IMG/VR virus record: IMGVR_UViG_3300037189_019086
DNA length: 20,000 bases
Direction: 5' to 3' (one strand)
DNA from: an uncultured virus (IMG/VR IMGVR_UViG_3300037189_019086)
Lineage: Duplodnaviria; Heunggongvirae; Uroviricota; Caudoviricetes
Numbering within the stretch: the first letter of the stretch is position 1; each line of letters starts with the position of its first letter. The notes beneath the pieces are model-generated. The model did no database searches. It had not been told where the DNA came from and saw nothing but the letters and a program-made list of their open reading frames with translations. The translations under genes were made by a program, and so were the position numbers. Of this stretch, positions 14,078-20,000 are shown piece after piece.

Positions 14078-16038
14078 CAACCCAACAGCTCGACGAAGAC
14101 GGCGTCCGCCTCTACCGCCGGACCGGGATGGAGACGACCGTCCCCGGCAAGCCGCGTGTGTTCCCCGGCGTGGCCTACGGGGTGGTGCGCCTCTGCGGCT
14201 GGTATCCGAAGCCTCTGCTGCGCGCCGCGCCCGGCAGCGTGGTGAACGGGAAGTACGAGTACCGCGACCTCGACTACACCCAACTCCAGGCGACCGGCCC
14301 GACCACGGCCCGCGACGCCTACTTCACCACGAGCATCGTCCCCCCGGGCGACGACCTCGGCTTCGTATGCGCCGACTTCAAGGTTCCGCGTGAGGTGCTG
14401 GCCGCGGTGGGGCAAGACGCCACGACCAGGACTTCGTACTCGCCCGGCTGGGACGCCGGCGCAATGTCCAAGACCGCGTTCTACTTGAACGGACGCGTGC
14501 GCTTCCGCGTGAAGCCCGACGGCAAGATGCGCGTCGGCATCCAGCAGGGGGCTGACGCGACCGACCACCGCGAAGCGTTCTGGGGGTTCAACTTCGGGGC
14601 GTTCGGCGGCAGCTTCGGCACCGTGATCGGCGGCATCGACCCGAACGGCGGCGCAGGGAGCCTCGAAACCCTCAGCGGGGTCAGCGCGGGCTTCTCGACC
14701 CCGTTCTCGGAGACCACGCTGTTTGAGGTTGAGCTGCTGAATGACGTGGTGAAGTTCAAGCGGGGCGGGACAGTGCTCGCGTCCTTCAGCTACGCCTCGG
14801 CGCCTCTGTGGGGTAGGGGCTCACAGGTGTGGTCGCTCGGTGCGGCCATCTTCGACCCGGGCGCCTGGGTCGATGGCCTGGAGGTCACGCAGTACGACGG
14901 CGCCAACCTCGTAGGCCCCGCCGCAGCGCTGAAGGCAGGGCAGGGCAGCGTGAAGATCGGCGGCGCGGTCATCACGCCGCGCCCCGTCGTGACCGGGCGT
15001 ATCGCCCGCCGCGCCAACGCGACGACGCCGGCCGCACGGGTGCGCGCCAGCAACTACGTGATCGGGGAAGCTGCGTTCAACCTTCCGCGAGCGGAGGTCA
15101 GCGCGGGCTACTTCACAGGCACGACATTCCCGTTCGGCCGCGTGCGTATGCCGCGGCCCCGCACCGAAGGGCGTTCGTTGGTCGGCACTGTGGGCCGAGC
15201 GAACCTGGGGGCTGGCGCAGCGAAGCTCAACGCCTCGGTGGGCAACCGCGGGGCGGCTGCGCTGGTGGCGCCGTCGATGGTGGTGTTCGGCGCGGATGAA
15301 GGCATCGCCACCGAGGTGCGCAACGGCATCACTGTGACGGCCTACTCGAACCGCATCTTTACCCACGGCGGAAACAAGACGACGCTCGCAGGCGTCGGCG
15401 AGCTGGTGGTGCTGATGAACACCGCCGGCTCGATGGCCACCACCATCGCCGCGGCGATGATCGCCAAGGCAAGCCTGAACTCGTCTGGCGCGGCCAGCAC
15501 GAGTGTCGTGCTGTCGTCGATCATCGCCGAGCTGATGCGGACCAGTGCCGCTGTCGGCTCGGACATCCCGCTGTCCGAGCAGCCCAACGAGGTGTGGGTG
15601 GTGAACCTCGCCAACAACGCCACCTCGACGTTCGAGAACTACCCATTCAACAGCTTCGGCGTGCTGGGCGGGCGGGCGTTCGGGCTGAAAGGCGACGGCC
15701 TGTATCTGCTGGAAGGCAGCACTGACGACGGCCAGCCGATCAGGGCCAGCGTGTCGTACGGCCAGCAGGACTTCGGCTCCAAGACCATGAAGAACATGGC
15801 GCGGGCCTACGTCGGTGCCAGCTCGGCCGGCAAGCTGCTGCTGCGCGTGACGGCCGACGGCATCACGTACACCTACGAGGCACGCGACTTCTCGACGACG
15901 GCGGCGCAGCAGCGCTTCGACGTGGGGCGCGGCCTCCAGGCGAACTACTTCACGTTCGAGCTGGTCAACCAGGACGGCGCGGACTTCGAGATTGACGGCG
16001 TCTCGTTCTTTGCCGCCGAATTCAAGCGGAGGATCTGA
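14074..16038 (+). CDS. Multidomain tail protein (654 aa): lectin-like domain, pseudo-repeat stalk and nozzle-like C-terminal domain; start corrected from 13999
   Basis: ATGA overlap with the previous stop. C-terminal WVVN...Y.FNSF...DDG.PI.A....G..DFG...K....Y...R..VGRG....Y.TFEL.N. Confidence 0.65.
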   Translation: MTTQQLDEDGVRLYRRTGMETTVPGKPRVFPGVAYGVVRLCGWYPKPLLRAAPGSVVNGKYEYRDLDYTQLQATGPTTARDAYFTTSIVPPGDDLGFVCADFKVPREVLAAVGQDATTRTSYSPGWDAGAMSKTAFYLNGRVRFRVKPDGKMRVGIQQGADATDHREAFWGFNFGAFGGSFGTVIGGIDPNGGAGSLETLSGVSAGFSTPFSETTLFEVELLNDVVKFKRGGTVLASFSYASAPLWGRGSQVWSLGAAIFDPGAWVDGLEVTQYDGANLVGPAAALKAGQGSVKIGGAVITPRPVVTGRIARRANATTPAARVRASNYVIGEAAFNLPRAEVSAGYFTGTTFPFGRVRMPRPRTEGRSLVGTVGRANLGAGAAKLNASVGNRGAAALVAPSMVVFGADEGIATEVRNGITVTAYSNRIFTHGGNKTTLAGVGELVVLMNTAGSMATTIAAAMIAKASLNSSGAASTSVVLSSIIAELMRTSAAVGSDIPLSEQPNEVWVVNLANNATSTFENYPFNSFGVLGGRAFGLKGDGLYLLEGSTDDGQPIRASVSYGQQDFGSKTMKNMARAYVGASSAGKLLLRVTADGITYTYEARDFSTTAAQQRFDVGRGLQANYFTFELVNQDGADFEIDGVSFFAAEFKRRI

Positions 16039-16040
16039 AC

Positions 16041-17039
16041 ATGGCAGTGACCACCGGGCCGGCGGCAATCGTCCCCGACATGATCAACCGGGCCTGGATC
16101 AAGGCCACGGAGCTGAGCGCTGACGCCAGCGAGCTGACCAACGACGCTGTCGCGCTCACGCAGCCCGCGCCCACGGCGGCGATGCCGGACAGGGTCACGG
16201 CGCCGACCATGCCTGCGGCGCCGACGCTGCCGAACCTTACGACGGCGACCGCATCGGCGCTGTACGACGCGACCAGCGTCGGCGTCATCGACCAGCTTGC
16301 GGGCCTGTACCGCGAGTTCATCGACGACAACTTCGCCGACGACTCGTTCATCAACGACGCCCAGAGCTGGGTGAAGAAGGCGCTGACCACGGGCGGCGCC
16401 GGCATCAACGTGGCCGTCGAGCAGCAGCTCTGGAACCGCGCCAGGGACCGCGCCCTGGCCGACGCTGCACGCGCACGCGAGGCGCTGGAGACCGACTGGG
16501 CCGGCCGCCGGTTCCCCATGCCGCCCGGTGCGCTGCGGCACGGGCTGCTGGCCGTGGACAAGTCCGCCCAGGACGCCATCGCCGAGGCGGCGCGCACCCA
16601 GGCCACCGAGAGCTTCAGGACCGAGGTGGAGAACGCCCGGCTGGCGGTCGAGCGGGCCGTGTCGCTGCGCAGTCTGGCGGTGCAGGCGGCGGGCGAGTAC
16701 GTGCGGCTGCTGTCGCAGGGCCCCAGCGTGGCAGCCCAGGTCTCGGGCACGATCATCGACAGCCAGACCCGGTTCTCCGCGGCCCTGACCGAGTTCTACC
16801 GCGCCCAGATCAGCGCCGTCGAAATCCCGGTGCGGGTGGCGACCACGAACGCCGAGCTGAAGGCGCGCACGACCGAGGCGAACCTGCGCACGGCGGTGGA
16901 GACGCTGGGCCAGCGGGTCAACGCCGTGATGGCCAACGCCCAGATGATCAGCACCCAGGCGGCGGCGGCATTCAACGCGGTGAACGTCCAGGCCAGCATC
17001 GCCGGCAGCGACCAGACCATCACCAGCATCGAAGGGTAA
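16041..17039 (+). CDS. Alpha-helical internal virion (ejection-type) protein (332 aa)
   Basis: SD ggagg. Ala-rich, coiled-coil-like, with a W..R.F.MPPG motif. Located after the tail genes. Confidence 0.55.
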   Translation: MAVTTGPAAIVPDMINRAWIKATELSADASELTNDAVALTQPAPTAAMPDRVTAPTMPAAPTLPNLTTATASALYDATSVGVIDQLAGLYREFIDDNFADDSFINDAQSWVKKALTTGGAGINVAVEQQLWNRARDRALADAARAREALETDWAGRRFPMPPGALRHGLLAVDKSAQDAIAEAARTQATESFRTEVENARLAVERAVSLRSLAVQAAGEYVRLLSQGPSVAAQVSGTIIDSQTRFSAALTEFYRAQISAVEIPVRVATTNAELKARTTEANLRTAVETLGQRVNAVMANAQMISTQAAAAFNAVNVQASIAGSDQTITSIEG

Positions 17040-17061
17040 AGTTCCGGCCACGGAGGTTCAC

Positions 17062-17259
17062 ATGGTCTGGTCTTTCCTCTGGCGGTGGGTGCTGGGCACC
17101 ACGGTGCTTGGTGCCCTGGCGGTGTTCGCGCTCGGTTTCGTCTACGGCCTGTTCTTCGGCGGCAGCGGCGCAGCGCCGATCCTGGGCAGCATGGCTGCGC
17201 TGCTGGTCGCTACGGTCATCGCCGCCGTCTGGGCGGCAAACGACGCCCGAAGGCGCTGA
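17062..17259 (+). CDS. Small two-helix membrane protein (65 aa)
   Basis: SD ggagg 5 nt upstream. Two hydrophobic stretches joined by GGSGAAP, with a basic C-terminus RRR. Confidence 0.7.
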   Translation: MVWSFLWRWVLGTTVLGALAVFALGFVYGLFFGGSGAAPILGSMAALLVATVIAAVWAANDARRR

Positions 17260-17321
17260 GCGGCAGATGCTCGGCGTCACGCCTTGCGGTGGATAATCGA
17301 ACTTCGATCTAAGGAAGACCT

Positions 17322-19352
17322 ATGGCCAGCATGCGCGACGTGGTGCCCTACAACCGCCCGAACTGGACGACCCCGCCGGAGATGCCGGCTGCTCCGGCCG
17401 CGCCCGGCACGGCGGTCGCTGTCTCGACGCGCCCCAACTGGACGACCCCCGTACCGCCCACGCCCTCGGCCCGCGACGTGTCTGGCGCAACGGACGCAGT
17501 GCTGACCCGCGACCGCATCCGCAACCCGAACGTCGGGCCGAATGGCTCGGTCGAGGCGGCGGCGTTCCGCGCCCCGCCGAACTCCGGCCCGCAGATGCCT
17601 GCCGGCGCAGCGCCCGCAGGCCCAGCCGCTGCGCCCGCCGACCCTGGCACGGGCTGGCAGCGGGCGTGGCGCTCCATGCGCGCCGGGGCCACCTCGACAG
17701 CCGACACCCTGACGGGTGCCGGCAAGACGACGCTGGGCACCGGCAAGGCGCTGGGCGTGGCCGTCATCCCTGGCGCTGCCGGCGCTGCGGTGGGCGCCTT
17801 GCAGAGCGCGGCTGACGCCAACCAGCCTGAACCCGAGCCGTTCGTGCCGCCCGCGGCCAAGCCCGGCGACATCCCCATCGGCGGCGACATCGCGGCGCCC
17901 AAGCCCATCGAGCGCCACCCGCTGGGCTTCGGCCCCAACAACGAGTTCACCCGGAACCTCGCCAACACGATCAACGCGGCGAGCGGCTTGGGGCGGGGCG
18001 TGGGCGCCGGCGTGGGCGCGCTGTCGAACTTCTTCCGCAGCGGCAGTAACGCCGCGGTCGCCGCCGAAAAGGCCACGCCGGCCTTGCGCTCGGTGGCGCC
18101 GTTCGCCCAGGGCGCGCAGGCTGGACAAGCGCTGACGGCCGGCTCGTTCGGCCCCGAGACACCCGCTGCGCCGACCTTCCCGCCCAACAGCCAGGGCCAG
18201 CCCGGCGGCACCGCGCCGGGCATGGGCGTGACGCCCGCGCCCAACCCGAACGGCACCATCCGCCGCGTCGGCAACAGCTACTCGGGCGAGGGCACGATCC
18301 GCTTCGGCGCCGACATCGACGACCCGCGCAACCCCGGCGCAGGCGTCACCGTGCTGCCCGCCGGCCCGACCATGCGCGGTGCGCCGGTCGCCGATCAGCC
18401 GCAGGGGCCGACGCTCGGCGGCTTCAACACGACCGAGCAGATCGGCATGAACCGCCTGGGCGGTACGGCGACGTTCGGCCCGAGCCTGTCCGTGCTGGGG
18501 GCGAGCGGCACGCAGCGCCCGCGTGACATCCGCGCCGCCAACGCCCTGGCGTCCGAGCGCGCCATCGCCACGGAGCGCATGAACAACGAGCGCGGCATCG
18601 CCTCCATGCGCGAGGGCGGCGAGATGGCTCGCGCCAACCTGTCTGTCGGCGTCCAGCGCGAGAACAACGCCCTGAACCGCGACGTGACCATGCGCGGCCA
18701 AGACATCACCCGCGAAGGCCAGTACCTGACCATGGCGCAGGCGCAGGCCGCCGCACGCCGGGCCCAGGCCAACACCGACCGGGAGTTCGACCGGAACGTC
18801 CGCAACGACGACTTCTCGCAACAGTCGGCGGCTCAGGCCGACCACAACAAGTGGGTCGAGACCACCTTCACCACGAGGGATGCCGACGGCAAGACGGTCC
18901 CGGACGCCCAGAAGATCGGGGACTTCAACAACGCCGCCCAGGCCACCATCGGCACGCTGGTGGCGCGGCTGCGCCAGTCCGGCGACCCTGCGGCTGCGGC
19001 CAAGGCCGAGAAGCTGGCCCAGCGCGGGCTGGCAGGGCTCGACGCCGAAGACCGGGCGCTGCTGAAGACGCTGTACGACCGGCGCGAGCGGTTCGTCCAG
19101 ACCCGCGGCGTCGGGCCGTTCTCCAGCTCGGGAGCGGTGTCGAACAACCTCTACGACTTCGCCCTGACCGGCCGCACCGACGGTCTGGTCCAGAACACCG
19201 TGCAGATGGCCGGCGGGCAGTCGATGCCTGAGAAGCACATCCGCTTCACCGAACCGGGCAACACGATCCTGCCCGACTGGTTCAAGACGCCGACCACCGC
19301 GCTCGGCCCGACCCCCCAGGAACAAGCGCGCATGCGTGAAGGGAGCCGCTGA
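17322..19352 (+). CDS. Pro/Ala/Gly-rich internal virion (DNA ejection-type) protein (676 aa)
   Basis: SD aagga. Low-complexity N-terminal two-thirds and a helical Q/R-rich segment with DVTMRGQDI. Synteny fits. Confidence 0.6.
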   Translation: MASMRDVVPYNRPNWTTPPEMPAAPAAPGTAVAVSTRPNWTTPVPPTPSARDVSGATDAVLTRDRIRNPNVGPNGSVEAAAFRAPPNSGPQMPAGAAPAGPAAAPADPGTGWQRAWRSMRAGATSTADTLTGAGKTTLGTGKALGVAVIPGAAGAAVGALQSAADANQPEPEPFVPPAAKPGDIPIGGDIAAPKPIERHPLGFGPNNEFTRNLANTINAASGLGRGVGAGVGALSNFFRSGSNAAVAAEKATPALRSVAPFAQGAQAGQALTAGSFGPETPAAPTFPPNSQGQPGGTAPGMGVTPAPNPNGTIRRVGNSYSGEGTIRFGADIDDPRNPGAGVTVLPAGPTMRGAPVADQPQGPTLGGFNTTEQIGMNRLGGTATFGPSLSVLGASGTQRPRDIRAANALASERAIATERMNNERGIASMREGGEMARANLSVGVQRENNALNRDVTMRGQDITREGQYLTMAQAQAAARRAQANTDREFDRNVRNDDFSQQSAAQADHNKWVETTFTTRDADGKTVPDAQKIGDFNNAAQATIGTLVARLRQSGDPAAAAKAEKLAQRGLAGLDAEDRALLKTLYDRRERFVQTRGVGPFSSSGAVSNNLYDFALTGRTDGLVQNTVQMAGGQSMPEKHIRFTEPGNTILPDWFKTPTTALGPTPQEQARMREGSR

Positions 19353-20000
19353 TGGGTATCCTGTCCGACGCCATCCGCAGCCTGCCGCAGTCCGCCCCGG
19401 AAGATCCGGGCGAGTTCGTCAAGGGCATGCGCAGCAGCGGCAACGCCGCCATGGCCAGCCTCAACAACCTCGCTGGTGCTGTCGGTCAGAAGGTCGGTGC
19501 CAGCGACTTCGCCACCGGCCGTTTCAGCGCGGCCGACCAGTACACCCAGGACGCCGCCGCCATCGCGCCGCGGGTCACGTCCATGCGCGACGCCACGCGC
19601 AGCTTCGGAGACTTCGCCGACTACGCCAAGGGCCTGGCCGGCGGCATGGTGCCGGTGGGCGCGGCGGCGCTGGGCGCCACGATGCTGACCGGCGGCGGTG
19701 CGGTGCCGGCAATGCTGGCCGGTACGGGCGTCATGGCCCCGGTCGAGGCGGGCGACATCGTGGGCCGGATGCGTGAGCAGGGCCGGCCGATCGACCTGAC
19801 CAGGGCAGCAGTGGGCGGCGTGGGGTCTGCGGCCCTCCAGAACGTCCTCCCAGGCGTTGCGCGGGCCCGGCTGGGGGGTACGGCAGGGCGCATCCCTGGC
19901 GGCGCTCTGGCGGCGATCCCGGAGCAGGCGGTGCTGGCCGGCGGGTCGGAGGCGGGCAAGCAGTACGCCGCCGACCCGACGGCAGCCCTGGACATGCACC
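19352..20000 (+). CDS. N-terminal part of a probable large internal virion protein (truncated): MGILSDAIRSLPQSAPEDPGEFVKGMRSSG...
   Basis: Translated by hand and absent from the ORF track because it has no stop. TGATG overlap with SD gggag, open to the window end. Gly/Ala-rich hydrophobic helices are typical of ejection proteins. Confidence 0.75.
   Translation, partial: MGILSDAIRSLPQSAPEDPGEFVKGMRSSGNAAMASLNNLAGAVGQKVGASDFATGRFSAADQYTQDAAAIAPRVTSMRDATRSFGDFADYAKGLAGGMVPVGAAALGATMLTGGGAVPAMLAGTGVMAPVEAGDIVGRMREQGRPIDLTRAAVGGVGSAALQNVLPGVARARLGGTAGRIPGGALAAIPEQAVLAGGSEAGKQYAADPTAALDMH

Larger units (their letters stand above)
1..20000 (+). mobile_element. Tailed bacteriophage/prophage structural (late) gene module, probably podovirus-like
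   Basis: About 20 tightly packed co-directional ORFs with SD sites and ATGA/GTGA/TGATG overlaps. Capsid, adaptor, holin, fibre and ejection-like proteins are present. No host housekeeping gene, tape measure, tube or sheath gene was recognised. Confidence 0.93.

Noticed and set aside
5274..16038. Diversity-generating retroelement or invertible tail-fibre cassette
   Set aside because: No reverse transcriptase, recombinase, adenine-variant template/variable repeat pair or inverted crossover sites were seen in this window. Such elements elsewhere in the genome cannot be excluded.

Overview
The whole 20-kb window is one co-oriented (+ strand), GC-rich virion morphogenesis module of a tailed phage or prophage, most likely podovirus-like: no tape measure, tail tube or sheath gene is recognisable. 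The order is N4-gp56/DUF4043-type major capsid protein, jelly-roll cement/decoration protein, hypothetical protein, head-tail adaptor, a cluster of fibre/spike proteins with a LydA-like holin embedded in it, a structured intergenic RNA/terminator, tail nozzle and tail accessory proteins, and then internal (ejection-type) virion proteins, the last truncated by the window edge. The most interesting observations are: (i) two otherwise unrelated spike proteins flanking the holin share a ~24-aa N-terminal module; (ii) the nozzle/tail-hub protein appears split across two genes ~5.7 kb apart; (iii) a multibranch leader RNA with two identical ACGAGA loops precedes the capsid RBS; (iv) a possibly pseudoknotted intergenic RNA has an anti-SD loop; (v) the holin carries an extra signal-peptide-like N-terminus; (vi) an 11-bp motif recurs at likely transcription restarts. 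All family assignments come from recognising motifs by eye, not from database searches.
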